A stretch of DNA of 64,000 bases, from IMG/VR virus record IMGVR_UViG_3300025000_000065, positions 47,970 to 111,969 of that record. One strand, 5' to 3'. Every line of letters starts with the position of its first letter. The first letter of the stretch is position 1. Position numbers and translations under genes: made by a program. The notes beneath the pieces were generated by a model. It ran no database searches, was not told the origin of the DNA, and saw only the letters and a program-made list of their open reading frames with translations. The DNA is from a virus. Of this stretch, positions 47,466 through 57,563 are shown piece by piece.

Positions 47466-48218
47466 CTACACTTTATTTTTTGTGATTTCTAAAAATGCAA
47501 CAGAATCCTCATATTTTTGGTTCAAATCCATATTCATTATTCTGGCTAATTTATCAAATAAATTTAAATCTATTGTTTCACCATTAATTCTTTTATCAAT
47601 AATCATGGTTGCTAAAATTTTTTGTTGTTCTTTTGGTGCTGATTTTGCAAAAGTTAAAATATCATTTTCTTTTACTTCACCACCTTGAAAACCCAAAAGT
47701 ATCATGTCCATCTTTTCTTTGTTCATAATGTTTTTGTAAACATCATCTAGACCATGTTTTCTAACAACCCTTCTATCTAAAATAACGAAAAATCCTCTTT
47801 CAAGAAAATGTCTGTTTTCTTCAATTATTTTTTCTAATTCTTGATAAATAATTCTTTTTGTTTTACCGTATCCCCTAAAAGTAAATATCCTTCCTCTTCC
47901 ATGTCTTTCTGTACTTATATTCAATTCATATGGAATTAAAGACATTACTTTTATATAAGAATTCAAAGGAACTTCTTCCTCTTCTTCGTAAACATAGTTT
48001 TCTTCTACATCATCTTCAGAATCTTTTTTAGTTGTCAAATTAGAATTATTTTTTATATTATTTTGAAGATCTTTAATCATTTTATAAATATTTTCTAATT
48101 CTGTTTTTTTAATAATTACGGTTTCTTCCTCTGAAGATTTTGACTGAGAATTTTCAACTAAATCTTTATTTTCCGCATTTTGCGATTTATCTTTTGGAGG
48201 TCTTCCTCTTGTTGCCAT
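47466..48218 (-). CDS. Hypothetical head-module protein
   Basis: 250-aa ORF downstream of the capsid gene; N-terminal RGRPP. Confidence 0.6.
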   Translation of the reverse strand: MATRGRPPKDKSQNAENKDLVENSQSKSSEEETVIIKKTELENIYKMIKDLQNNIKNNSNLTTKKDSEDDVEENYVYEEEEEVPLNSYIKVMSLIPYELNISTERHGRGRIFTFRGYGKTKRIIYQELEKIIEENRHFLERGFFVILDRRVVRKHGLDDVYKNIMNKEKMDMILLGFQGGEVKENDILTFAKSAPKEQQKILATMIIDKRINGETIDLNLFDKLARIMNMDLNQKYEDSVAFLEITKNKV

Positions 48219-48247
48219 TGCAAATTTTCCTTTTTTATATTATATAA

Positions 48248-49312
48248 TTAATTTTTTATTTTTATTTTTCCAGACTTTATTTTATCCATAAAGTCATTCC
48301 ATTGTTCGGGAGTATTGTCTCCCATTCCATAAATTTTATGAAATTTAACGTGGCATTTTTTAGTTAATGGTATTCCTAATGGATAGCGGTAATGAACTTC
48401 AACTAATTTATTGATAAGCAGCGCGATTTGATCACCATCATATTCACCAATTGTATTTTTTAATTCAAATCCCAATTCTTTTAATGACTCTTTTAATAGT
48501 GAATTAAACGATTGAACGTGATGAATATCTTCAAATCTTTTTCCACTAATGACACATTTATAATTAGAATTTTCCATACTGTCTTTTTTCCATTGAACAA
48601 TGAACTTAGATAAATATGCTTTTAGTTCAGTTAATCCACCTTGCCAATTACTTGAATTTTCTTTTGAATATTTAATTTTATTTTCTTCTTTTGTACATAT
48701 TGTACAGTTTTTATCTCTGTGTAAACCAGGATACCTTCTTGTTTCAATATGACCATTTGGACAAGAATAAGTAACAATACTTTTAAATTTAAGAAGATCT
48801 CCTTCAAAAGATATAAATTGAAATCCTATAGAATCAAAAAATTCCATCATTTTTTTTTCTGTTTTTTTAGAAACAGATTCCTGTTGTCTTTTAATGGCGT
48901 TGCAAGGATCTCTTTCTCCTGATTGAAATGCTGAAAAAGACATATTATGTATGTTTCCGCATTCAAACTTTATTTTTAAAAGACTTGAATGATTAACATA
49001 TTCTTTTGAAATTAATTCACAATTTCTATCTTCAATATATTTTTTAACATATTCATAAGAAAGTTTGTTTTTAGAAGCAGATTTTTTATAACCACATTGT
49101 TGGCAAGAAGAATGTTTGGCATAAATTAATCGTGGAATGGATTTCCACTTATGTCCACAAACCAAACATTCAAAATCACATTCCGTTATTGTATTTACAT
49201 AATTATAAAAAACAATGGTTTTATTATGTGCGATATCAATTCTTTTTTGTACTTCTTCTTGAGTTATTGAAGGCGTTCTAAATCTTTTGGCTCTTTCCAT
49301 TATCAAGTCCAA
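48248..49312 (-). CDS. Free-standing HNH-type homing endonuclease with Zn-binding repeats
   Basis: CLVCGH, ECGNIH and CPNGH repeats; SNWQGG; KCVISG....IHH...CHVKFH.IYG..NT.EQ. Confidence 0.75.
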   Translation of the reverse strand: MDLIMERAKRFRTPSITQEEVQKRIDIAHNKTIVFYNYVNTITECDFECLVCGHKWKSIPRLIYAKHSSCQQCGYKKSASKNKLSYEYVKKYIEDRNCELISKEYVNHSSLLKIKFECGNIHNMSFSAFQSGERDPCNAIKRQQESVSKKTEKKMMEFFDSIGFQFISFEGDLLKFKSIVTYSCPNGHIETRRYPGLHRDKNCTICTKEENKIKYSKENSSNWQGGLTELKAYLSKFIVQWKKDSMENSNYKCVISGKRFEDIHHVQSFNSLLKESLKELGFELKNTIGEYDGDQIALLINKLVEVHYRYPLGIPLTKKCHVKFHKIYGMGDNTPEQWNDFMDKIKSGKIKIKN

Positions 49313-49317
49313 TCAAT

Positions 49318-49350
49318 TATCTAGTATGAGAAAATTTCCCATACTAGATA
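49318..49350 (-). terminator. Hairpin after the major capsid gene
   Basis: Stem tatctagtatg/catactagata. Confidence 0.55.
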
Positions 49351-49369
49351 ATTTTATTTATTTAAAATA

Positions 49370-50485
49370 CTAGATCGTAATTAGTCCCAGGACAGAATTG
49401 GAGGCTACAGCCGTTCCCCAAGACTTGTGCATAGTAGCACGCTGAATTAAATTACGATTCTCATAAACAGAATCAGTAATAGAAAGGGTTGAACCTTCTA
49501 ATACTAATTTAACAAATTTCTGAGAAGCTGGTGATAAAATCCAGAGACGATCTGTGTCAATTTTCAAAGACCATTCGGTATCGTTATTGGCAACTTGGGG
49601 AAGTTCCATTACATCGTATCCAAATGCGGTACGAACATGACCGAGAGTCATATAGGGATCGTCTAAAGTATAGCGATAATTAGCATCATTGGGTAAAACA
49701 TTTACTAACGCACGTGCAGTACCAACGATCATTGCTTTATTACCGTTATTCCAAGCAGTAACCTGTTCGCATAAGCGCATCAATGAATCTTGTGAATAAC
49801 CAGCAACTTGTAAACCAGTTGTAGCTGTAGTTGGTAAAGCAGCAGCCATAGCGGCAAAAGCATCGTAAACATCATTACGCATAGCTGCTTCCATAGAACG
49901 AATAACTTTTACAACTAATTTAGCAAGAGATTCTTTTCCAGATAAAACACGATATAAATCAGCGTAAACAGTCAAAGCATGATTTACTGGAGTAACGGTT
50001 TTTGTTCCCATAAATTGTTTGTAGGCAAAAGAATTTCTCTGACCACGACCAATTTGAGAAACAGAAAACAGGTCATTAGATTCAACATCAAACTGAGCAC
50101 TATCACCAAACCCAATAGTACGAACATCAGAATATAAGCTAATAGAGTCAATCAAAGTCTGTGGAATAATCATATCAACGATGCTTGCCACAACAGCAAA
50201 AATCTCATTGCGTAAACCCTGATGATTAAAGATTTGATCAGCCGGAGCTTCAGCAAGATAAGGAACGTTAGTTCGTTTCATTGCTTCTTTAATAATTGCA
50301 TCAGTAATTTGTTTTTCTTTTTCCTCAAAAGTAATCAATTCCCCTTTATCATTAACTTTAGCGAATTCATAATTTCGAGTTTTGTCCTGTGAAGACTTGT
50401 AGTGATTCCACCAGTCAGGGATCATTTTATCATATAATGTGGGATTCCCAACAGCGAAATGAACAATATTATTCGGAATTTGCAT
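49370..50485 (-). CDS. Major capsid protein
   Basis: 371 aa; order portal-protease-decoration-MCP; strong codon bias; TAAGGAGG SD. Confidence 0.8.
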   Translation of the reverse strand: MQIPNNIVHFAVGNPTLYDKMIPDWWNHYKSSQDKTRNYEFAKVNDKGELITFEEKEKQITDAIIKEAMKRTNVPYLAEAPADQIFNHQGLRNEIFAVVASIVDMIIPQTLIDSISLYSDVRTIGFGDSAQFDVESNDLFSVSQIGRGQRNSFAYKQFMGTKTVTPVNHALTVYADLYRVLSGKESLAKLVVKVIRSMEAAMRNDVYDAFAAMAAALPTTATTGLQVAGYSQDSLMRLCEQVTAWNNGNKAMIVGTARALVNVLPNDANYRYTLDDPYMTLGHVRTAFGYDVMELPQVANNDTEWSLKIDTDRLWILSPASQKFVKLVLEGSTLSITDSVYENRNLIQRATMHKSWGTAVASNSVLGLITI

Positions 50486-50538
50486 ATCATTTCCTCCTTA
50501 TTTTTTTTTATTTACTATATAATGTGGAAAACCCAACA

Positions 50539-51081
50539 TTAGTTAGAAAGACAAATCATTCGATAAGCTGTAACTCTACCACTTGCAACCGCAGGATTAC
50601 CAATAGATATCCATTTTGTAGCCAGATATTTAAATGATAAAGCATTTGCGGCATGTGCTGATCCCCAAACCAATTGCCATAAACCAGTTGTAGCATTAGC
50701 ATAAGTATTAGTAGATTTTGCGGCAGTGAAACAATCTTCACTTAAAGTTACAATATCACCTGGTTGTGGTTTAAAAGCATCAAACACACGATTTGCAGGA
50801 TTGTAGAAATTACGAGGATCTTCTGAACCCTGATTAAAAATTTCACCATCTGCGGACTCTAAGAAAGGAATAACCTGTCCAACAGCCATCCATACGTCAA
50901 CCAAACTGCCAGTTGCAATTTGAGTTGCGGCAAACACCTCTCCCTGTCCAGAACCACTTGAAAGTGAATCTAAACGAAACAGAGAAGCCTGTTCCAAATC
51001 ACTACCACTCGTTGCTGTTCGATTGTAAATCGCCACATCGGTAGCGGCAACTTGATTTAATTCAATAACTGCATATGCCAT
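50539..51081 (-). CDS. Putative capsid decoration / minor head protein
   Basis: 180 aa between protease and MCP; RNFYNPA...AF....GD; GGAGGT SD. Confidence 0.6.
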   Translation of the reverse strand: MAYAVIELNQVAATDVAIYNRTATSGSDLEQASLFRLDSLSSGSGQGEVFAATQIATGSLVDVWMAVGQVIPFLESADGEIFNQGSEDPRNFYNPANRVFDAFKPQPGDIVTLSEDCFTAAKSTNTYANATTGLWQLVWGSAHAANALSFKYLATKWISIGNPAVASGRVTAYRMICLSN

Positions 51082-51093
51082 ATTTACCTCCTA

Positions 51094-52908
51094 TTATTTC
51101 CAGAAACTTGTAGTGACTGGTTTGTTTTTATTTTCTGAATCCCAAGCATAACGAGGTTCTTCATCCTCTTGCTTTGAATCTTTCTTAATTGCAAAATCTA
51201 ATGCTCTAGCCTTCGCCAAATTTTCCCAAACAGAAATATTCTCTAAACTAAAATCTTTAGATTTTTCTTTTAAAATATTCAACTCATCTTTTGGAATTTC
51301 AGTTTTTTCTTCAATTTTCTTTAAAATAGAATCAACAGAAAAATTAAATTGTTCATCTTCTTTTTCTTTCTTATATTTTTTCAAATTTTCATTTTCCGCC
51401 ATATAAGAACTTGCTTCAGATTCTTTTTCTTTTAATTGCTCTGACATTTTCTTCATTTTTTCAAACATATAATTAGCCATTTTCGCAAAATTTTTAGTTT
51501 CTTTTTCATCGGAAAATTCAGCAGCCAAAGATTTATAATCTTGAGTTTCTTCCTGAAGAAACGCTAAAACAGCCTTAACATCTAAATTGGCATCCAAAGA
51601 CATATCTTCTTTTTCAGATTCCTCTTCCTCTTCTGGTTTTTCATCTTTGGGTTCTTCATTTTCTTTTTCATCAGACATGTTTTCTTCCTTTGGCTTTTCA
51701 GCCATTTTTTCTTTGTCTTCTTCTTTGGTTTCTTGTTCAAAATCCTTTTTTTCTTCTTCCATATTTTTCGACTTCTCCTTTCTCACCCATTTTCCATTCT
51801 CAACTTTATGAGTTTTTTTAAAATTAGAAATAGCAATAGCCCAACCATTTTTTTCTTTATCTGAACCAAGGGTATCAGCTTGTCTCGCTATTGTATTTGC
51901 TTGAGAAACAGAAATAGGAGGATTTATTTCCTTTAAAGCAGGACTCATTTCCGATTTATCTTTATACAGAAAAGTAACTTTTTCAAAATTTTCAATATCA
52001 GAAAAATAAGTCATTTCTCTTTTATCTATTTCATTCATCTTTTCGACAATACTCGATGACCAATTTTTTCCCTCATTGCCACCTCTGTTTAACCAGGATA
52101 TCCATTCATTAGATGTTTTATTGGTAAGATTGTCTTTTGCATGTCTGAAAAAATATTTCTCTATACTTCTTATTTTTTCTGGAGTTACAAATTGGTTTTT
52201 TATTATATATCTTGCAATTGCTAGTCCAACAGAAGTTCCACCGCCATATTTTTTATAAAGTTCAAGACTTTTTATAGCATTATTTTTCACTTCTTCTGGA
52301 ATGGAAAAATCAATTTCATCATACATTCTTGAAAATTCTAAATGTAACGCCTTCTCATATTCTTTTTTTGCAAAACTAAGAACCTCTAAATGAGCACCAG
52401 GACTAGCTTCAGTAATAAGATCTCCCAATACACAAACGGCAGAATATTCAAAATCAAGCATTTCTTCTCCGTTTTCCATTTCGGAATAATCTTTTAACTC
52501 CATTTCAACAGAAACTTTTTTTTCATGATTTTCTGATTCTTTTAATAGTTGCATAAATTGAGGAGCATACATTTTCCATATTTTCGCTAAAACAGATAAG
52601 GATGTTCTTCCATCTTCAAGTTCAATAAATTCAGCAGAATCACGAACAATAAATCCTGCAATAAAAGATTTTTCTGGATCTGTATGAGAATCAAAATCAC
52701 GAAACAGTTTAGAAAAAGAATAAATAACTGGTTTATCATAAATTGATTGAGCTGTGTTTTTTAATGTGTCTAATGAACAATACATGTCATGTCTATTCCA
52801 GCCACTATTAAAAGCAAAAATCTTTATTGTCGCAAACTGAGAAGACTCGTTTTCCTCTATGATTTCTCCACTTTCAATATCAAATAATAAATGCTTATTA
52901 GAACTCAC
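51094..52908 (-). CDS. Prohead protease / scaffold fusion with inserted domains
   Basis: N-terminal NRH...DFDSH...VSVEM...F.YSAVCVLG protease-like region; acidic coiled C-terminus. Confidence 0.7.
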   Translation of the reverse strand: MSSNKHLLFDIESGEIIEENESSQFATIKIFAFNSGWNRHDMYCSLDTLKNTAQSIYDKPVIYSFSKLFRDFDSHTDPEKSFIAGFIVRDSAEFIELEDGRTSLSVLAKIWKMYAPQFMQLLKESENHEKKVSVEMELKDYSEMENGEEMLDFEYSAVCVLGDLITEASPGAHLEVLSFAKKEYEKALHLEFSRMYDEIDFSIPEEVKNNAIKSLELYKKYGGGTSVGLAIARYIIKNQFVTPEKIRSIEKYFFRHAKDNLTNKTSNEWISWLNRGGNEGKNWSSSIVEKMNEIDKREMTYFSDIENFEKVTFLYKDKSEMSPALKEINPPISVSQANTIARQADTLGSDKEKNGWAIAISNFKKTHKVENGKWVRKEKSKNMEEEKKDFEQETKEEDKEKMAEKPKEENMSDEKENEEPKDEKPEEEEESEKEDMSLDANLDVKAVLAFLQEETQDYKSLAAEFSDEKETKNFAKMANYMFEKMKKMSEQLKEKESEASSYMAENENLKKYKKEKEDEQFNFSVDSILKKIEEKTEIPKDELNILKEKSKDFSLENISVWENLAKARALDFAIKKDSKQEDEEPRYAWDSENKNKPVTTSFWK

Positions 52909-52954
52909 ATTGTTCCTCCTTTCCAGAAGGATTAATAAAATCTCTTCTCAATTT

Positions 52955-53155
52955 TTATAATTTATTAAGTAACCTTATATAAACAGGAACTTTTTTTAAT
53001 TTTTCTTTAAATGAAACTGTGCTTACAAAATAATCCCTATTTTTTTTTCTATGGATTGGAACAGCCCCTAATTCTTGAATTAAATATTCCCCCATTCTTT
53101 TATTACAAGAAAACCACGAATCTAATTGCTCTTGAGTAGGATTAATAACATACAT
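52955..53155 (-). CDS. Hypothetical protein
   Basis: 66-aa ORF (MYVINP...) coupled to the ferritin stop codon. Confidence 0.6.
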   Translation of the reverse strand: MYVINPTQEQLDSWFSCNKRMGEYLIQELGAVPIHRKKNRDYFVSTVSFKEKLKKVPVYIRLLNKL

Positions 53156-53646
53156 TATTTTTCTCCTAAATCCCAAAGGAATACATTGAACCAATTATTT
53201 CCAGTTAATTCAGCTTTATCCATAAAATCAGTTGCTTCTTCATATTCGTGTCTTTGTATTTCTATCATTTTTCTTATAAATTCTTCTACAACCGGATTTG
53301 ATTCATCAATTGATATTTTTTTAATTTCATCAAGACTCGCAGTTGTTTCATATTCTCTTAACAAATATTTATCGGCAACATCCATAATCGAATTAATTGG
53401 AATATTTATTTCCTCAATTTCAGAAAGCGTAACATCTGCGTTGATATCAGTTAATAAATTTATAATCATTTCAGAATGTTCGTTTTCCTCTTTATATTGA
53501 TTATAAAACTTACTCCCCAAATGATTCAATCCTTTATTTTTTAAGAAGGAAGATATATATAAATATAAATGTGCATTATATTTTTCATGCGCCCATTGTG
53601 CCAACAAAGAATCAATCAAATTATCACTAATTAATTTTATCCCCAT
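53155..53646 (-). CDS. Non-haem ferritin-like protein
   Basis: Q..HE.YNAHLY, EENEH, RE..TT and EIQ.HE.EE ferroxidase-centre pattern; 163 aa. Confidence 0.85.
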   Translation of the reverse strand: MGIKLISDNLIDSLLAQWAHEKYNAHLYLYISSFLKNKGLNHLGSKFYNQYKEENEHSEMIINLLTDINADVTLSEIEEINIPINSIMDVADKYLLREYETTASLDEIKKISIDESNPVVEEFIRKMIEIQRHEYEEATDFMDKAELTGNNWFNVFLWDLGEK

Positions 53647-53669
53647 TCTACCTCCTTTCTAAAAAATTA

Positions 53670-53689
53670 AATAAAAGGTATGTTTTATT
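53670..53689. repeat. AATAAAA-N6-TTTTATT palindrome, copy 5
   Basis: AATAAAA ggtatg TTTTATT. Confidence 0.7.
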
Positions 53690-54017
53690 GGAAAGTGACA
53701 AGATTAATAATATCGCCTGTTTGAATTACATTAGCGGCAGGACTTGAAATTGTAACTGTTCCTGAAGTATTTTTGACATAATACTGTGAACCACTTGTGG
53801 GAATAACCAAAGAACCAGATGAGCGAAATTGTTGAAAAATATATCCTGTAACAGAATCTAGTCCGCTATCAATTGCTACGCTTGAAGCACTCGCTTGAGC
53901 AGAAGAAACAGTAGTGGCAGATACACCCTGAAATCCCTGAACCAAAGTTCCCAATGAAACATCTTGAGATGCACGATTCATTTTATTTAATTTTGATTTT
54001 TGTGTTGCAGTAATCAT
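53685..54017 (-). CDS. Small Ser-rich putative virion protein
   Basis: 110 aa; N-terminal KLNKMNRASQDVSLGTL is shared with 61095..61886. Confidence 0.6.
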   Translation of the reverse strand: MITATQKSKLNKMNRASQDVSLGTLVQGFQGVSATTVSSAQASASSVAIDSGLDSVTGYIFQQFRSSGSLVIPTSGSQYYVKNTSGTVTISSPAANVIQTGDIINLVTFQ

Positions 54018-54100
54018 AATAATTTATTCCTCCATTTTTTATCTATATATTGAAAATACGGAAGCCAAATATTTTGTTCGAAAAAATATTCGTTATACTT

Positions 54101-55693
54101 TCATTTTAATTTTTTAGCATCATTTGAGCCTGTTTCTCTTGTTTGAGCACCAGCCTCTCCCAATTCGCTATCCGATGATTTCGGTCTACCACTTTTATCA
54201 CTATCTTTTCCACTCATTTGAAAGCCAGAAATAATTGGAGTAAGTTTATCAACAAAGCCACTTCCTCTAGCTTCTTGAAGCATTCTTTCTAACTCTTGTG
54301 GTAACAAACCTATAGCACTAGAAATCAATTGTGGAAGAACTATTCCTTTATCTGCCATCCCCATAGCTCTTTCATATCTTTGAGTTCTATTTAAATAGTA
54401 ATCATTGCCTTCTAATCTAAATCTATATTTATATTTATTTGTTCTTAAATTTACCCAATAATTAAGAAATGAAACAAACTGAGGATATAATTGTTGTTCC
54501 ATTATCTTAGAATCAGATTCAAATGATAATTGAGAATCTACTAAATTTGCTTTTGTTTGCATCGAATAAATCAAAGCAGTATCCATTCCAGACATAGACA
54601 TAGAAGTTTGAATCCATTTACTCAAAACATCTGTATCGCCTTCAAAAGAAAATGCTTGCATATTCTCTAATGGAGCGGCAGAAACTTTAACGGCTTCTCC
54701 AACCGCAGATTTAGCCAAAGCCATAAACTGTCCTAATTGAACAGGATTTAATGCCACCATATCTGCAACCGAAGCACCTTTATCATCTTTTCTCATGGGA
54801 ACTTCACCAAACAATATTTTTGCAGCAGCAGCCATATTAATGTTTTTCTGTAAGGCAATCATGGTTTGATCATTAATAAGTAAAGGCAACATGGCAGAAA
54901 AATACGGAATAGCAGTCATTAAAGATGTATCTAACTTAAATACCCAACCCTCAGATGGAGGTAAATCAACCCAAAAATTGTATTCTGAATTTCCTCTCAA
55001 CTCAGGAGGAAGAGACGGGTTATATATTTGAGCACTAGTTTTACCGCCAAATAATTCAACGTATTTCTTTTTAAAGAAATCGGGATATAAATTTATATCA
55101 ACTCCAGGTTGAATAAAATAATAAAAATTAAAAGATATTAAAGGTGCTCTACTTCCTTTGGCTGTAATTTTACAATATAGTAAAGGAAGTTCCTGTAAAA
55201 CAATTGTATCTTTATTTTCTCTTGGAGTAACAACACATATTTCATTTCTCAACAACTGTTTTGAAATATTTCTAAAAAATGATCGATAATCAAATTTATC
55301 AAAATATTCATATAAAACTTCTTTATCTTTTATATAATTATTACTTTCATATTCTTTATCTTTCATTGAATTTCTTACGGTATATTGTAAATCAAAAGCT
55401 AAATGACTTGCCATATACGAAAATATTCTCTTCAAAGGCATAGACAATATTTCAAAAAATTCAATATAATCTCTTAATTGCTCTTCTGAATTTTTTGCAT
55501 TACCTAATGCATCCGTAATATTTCTCTCAGTTGGAGAAAGAGGATTGAATGAAATTTCTTTTATTCTTTGATTCAATAAATCAGGAGTCAATAAATTATA
55601 ACTTGCATTATACATTGTTTGTGCAAATTTTATTACATCAAAAACCTCTTCTTTAGAAAGAAGAATTTCATCATTTTTATTTTCTTCAGTCAT
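54101..55693 (-). CDS. Portal protein
   Basis: 530 aa directly after TerL; LQELP..YCKI; C-terminal GRPK.....L...G..TR. Confidence 0.8.
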   Translation of the reverse strand: MTEENKNDEILLSKEEVFDVIKFAQTMYNASYNLLTPDLLNQRIKEISFNPLSPTERNITDALGNAKNSEEQLRDYIEFFEILSMPLKRIFSYMASHLAFDLQYTVRNSMKDKEYESNNYIKDKEVLYEYFDKFDYRSFFRNISKQLLRNEICVVTPRENKDTIVLQELPLLYCKITAKGSRAPLISFNFYYFIQPGVDINLYPDFFKKKYVELFGGKTSAQIYNPSLPPELRGNSEYNFWVDLPPSEGWVFKLDTSLMTAIPYFSAMLPLLINDQTMIALQKNINMAAAAKILFGEVPMRKDDKGASVADMVALNPVQLGQFMALAKSAVGEAVKVSAAPLENMQAFSFEGDTDVLSKWIQTSMSMSGMDTALIYSMQTKANLVDSQLSFESDSKIMEQQLYPQFVSFLNYWVNLRTNKYKYRFRLEGNDYYLNRTQRYERAMGMADKGIVLPQLISSAIGLLPQELERMLQEARGSGFVDKLTPIISGFQMSGKDSDKSGRPKSSDSELGEAGAQTRETGSNDAKKLK

Positions 55694-55719
55694 GCACTCT
55701 CCTTTCTTTTAGTATTATT

Positions 55720-57552
55720 TTACCAATAACTAAGTGCAACCATAGCCTCTAAATCATCTTTATTATCTTTTTGTTTAACTAATTCAATATCAAATTCCTT
55801 TGATATAACATAGTTTACATAAGATATTGCAGAATATCTATCCTTATATGAACCAGGCTTTTCAACTAATTTAATTAATCCATTAACAGGTTTCATATCC
55901 AAATTGATACATTCTCCAATTAATAAACCTGTTTGAACATATGGGTTCAAAAAGAACCCTCTTAAATATGAATCATCTGGATCAGAAAGAAATTCCTTAT
56001 TCTTTTTTAATAAGTATTCTTCACCTTCGGATTCAGGAATTAAAAATTCCCACATTCTTCTTTGAAGTAAAGACCTAAATGAAACAGCAATATCACTATT
56101 CAATGCTTGACTGGCAGTAATTGGAAATATAATTGGTTTTGCTTCCAAACCCCTGGTATGATTTCTTCTAAGATCTTCTCTGGCATCTTGTTTTATAATA
56201 TCAAAATATTCATCGACAACTGTCATTGCTGGATAAACAATTCCTCTTTCCTCATCGATGGTTTCTTCACTAAGAAAGTCAAAGATACCAATACCTGCTG
56301 ATTGAACATCTAAAACCAAATAATCAGCTTCAAAATCATAAAATACTCTTTTTAATCTTTTAGCCTGTTCTCCAGCATGAGATCCCTTATGTGATTCCGC
56401 ATAAACAAGTTGTCTTCGATAACCAACCCCGATTAAAGGTAAAGCTCTAACACATTCAATAATGGAATTGTCATTTGCTTTATTCGCTCTTGTAGCAATA
56501 TCACAACTTACAAACCTTATCTCTCCTGTTGTTTTTAGCAATCCATAAGGATTTTTTTTAGTATTAAAATTATCTTCTTTTTGAGGATAGAAAGCCTGTT
56601 TTATATTTCTTTTAAATAAAGTAGATTTAAAGTAACTTTTTCCACTAGAACCACTTGGAATATTTAAATACTCCATTTGAACGGTCAATGGATCGGCATC
56701 TTCCATTTCATTCTTAAGCATGGATTTTGTTTTAATACCATGATGCAACGAAATTAAATAATCAAAGGCTAAAAAGTTTGCCGTTTCATCACCAGAATTC
56801 ATTCTTTTTATACATGTTTGAACATAAGTGTACCAATATTCCATTGTGTACCAAGAAGATGTAATATATGATATAGTTCCTTCTTCTTGAAGTCTTTTAT
56901 CATTAGCATATTTAGGATTGTTTTTATAAGGAGGATTGCGTGTTTCTAAAAACGGCTTAATAACTCCCTCTAAAATTTCTTTAGGAACAAGACGACTTTC
57001 TTCTACAATGATATAATTAGCACGATTACCTCTAGCCGATTCTGAACTGGGAACAACTCTTATTGTTGATCCATTATGAAAAATACAATCATATGTATTA
57101 GGATTAGCTGTTATACTTTCAATTTCTCTTTCAAGATTAGGATGCTCTTTTCTAAGCTGCATAATCTTTTCAGAAATTATAATTCCACCTTGTTTTAATG
57201 TTTTAGCACAAACAATTATTTTTATACCTGGATATAAAACAGCCAAAGCACAAGACCAAACAGCAATAATCCACGTTTTAGCAGAAGCACGACTAGCAAC
57301 GATATAAGCCAAACTACTTCTTTGAAGAACCCATATCATTAATATTTGATAGACATGTAAATGAATTCCAAAATAATCCATGATAAATCTATGGGGATTT
57401 CTTCTAAAAAAAGTAATCCATTTTTTCAATTTTTCTTTTCGTTCTTCTTCTAAAATCTCTTGAGTAATAAAAGATTTTTGTCTTTTGAAAATATCTTTAC
57501 TATTTTTATTTTTAATTCTTTCATTTTGATATGGTCTAGGAGAAGTTGGCAT
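55720..57552 (-). CDS. terL: Terminase large subunit
   Basis: ASRASAKT (Walker A variant), ARGNRANYIIVEE (Walker B), ITSSW, SCDIA...ND and KDRYSA. Confidence 0.88.
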   Translation of the reverse strand: MPTSPRPYQNERIKNKNSKDIFKRQKSFITQEILEEERKEKLKKWITFFRRNPHRFIMDYFGIHLHVYQILMIWVLQRSSLAYIVASRASAKTWIIAVWSCALAVLYPGIKIIVCAKTLKQGGIIISEKIMQLRKEHPNLEREIESITANPNTYDCIFHNGSTIRVVPSSESARGNRANYIIVEESRLVPKEILEGVIKPFLETRNPPYKNNPKYANDKRLQEEGTISYITSSWYTMEYWYTYVQTCIKRMNSGDETANFLAFDYLISLHHGIKTKSMLKNEMEDADPLTVQMEYLNIPSGSSGKSYFKSTLFKRNIKQAFYPQKEDNFNTKKNPYGLLKTTGEIRFVSCDIATRANKANDNSIIECVRALPLIGVGYRRQLVYAESHKGSHAGEQAKRLKRVFYDFEADYLVLDVQSAGIGIFDFLSEETIDEERGIVYPAMTVVDEYFDIIKQDAREDLRRNHTRGLEAKPIIFPITASQALNSDIAVSFRSLLQRRMWEFLIPESEGEEYLLKKNKEFLSDPDDSYLRGFFLNPYVQTGLLIGECINLDMKPVNGLIKLVEKPGSYKDRYSAISYVNYVISKEFDIELVKQKDNKDDLEAMVALSYW

Positions 57553-57563
57553 GATTAGTTCTC

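Noticed and set aside
47430-54060. TATATA-type late promoter motif upstream of several late genes
   Set aside because: Too low in information in this AT-rich genome to support without TSS data.
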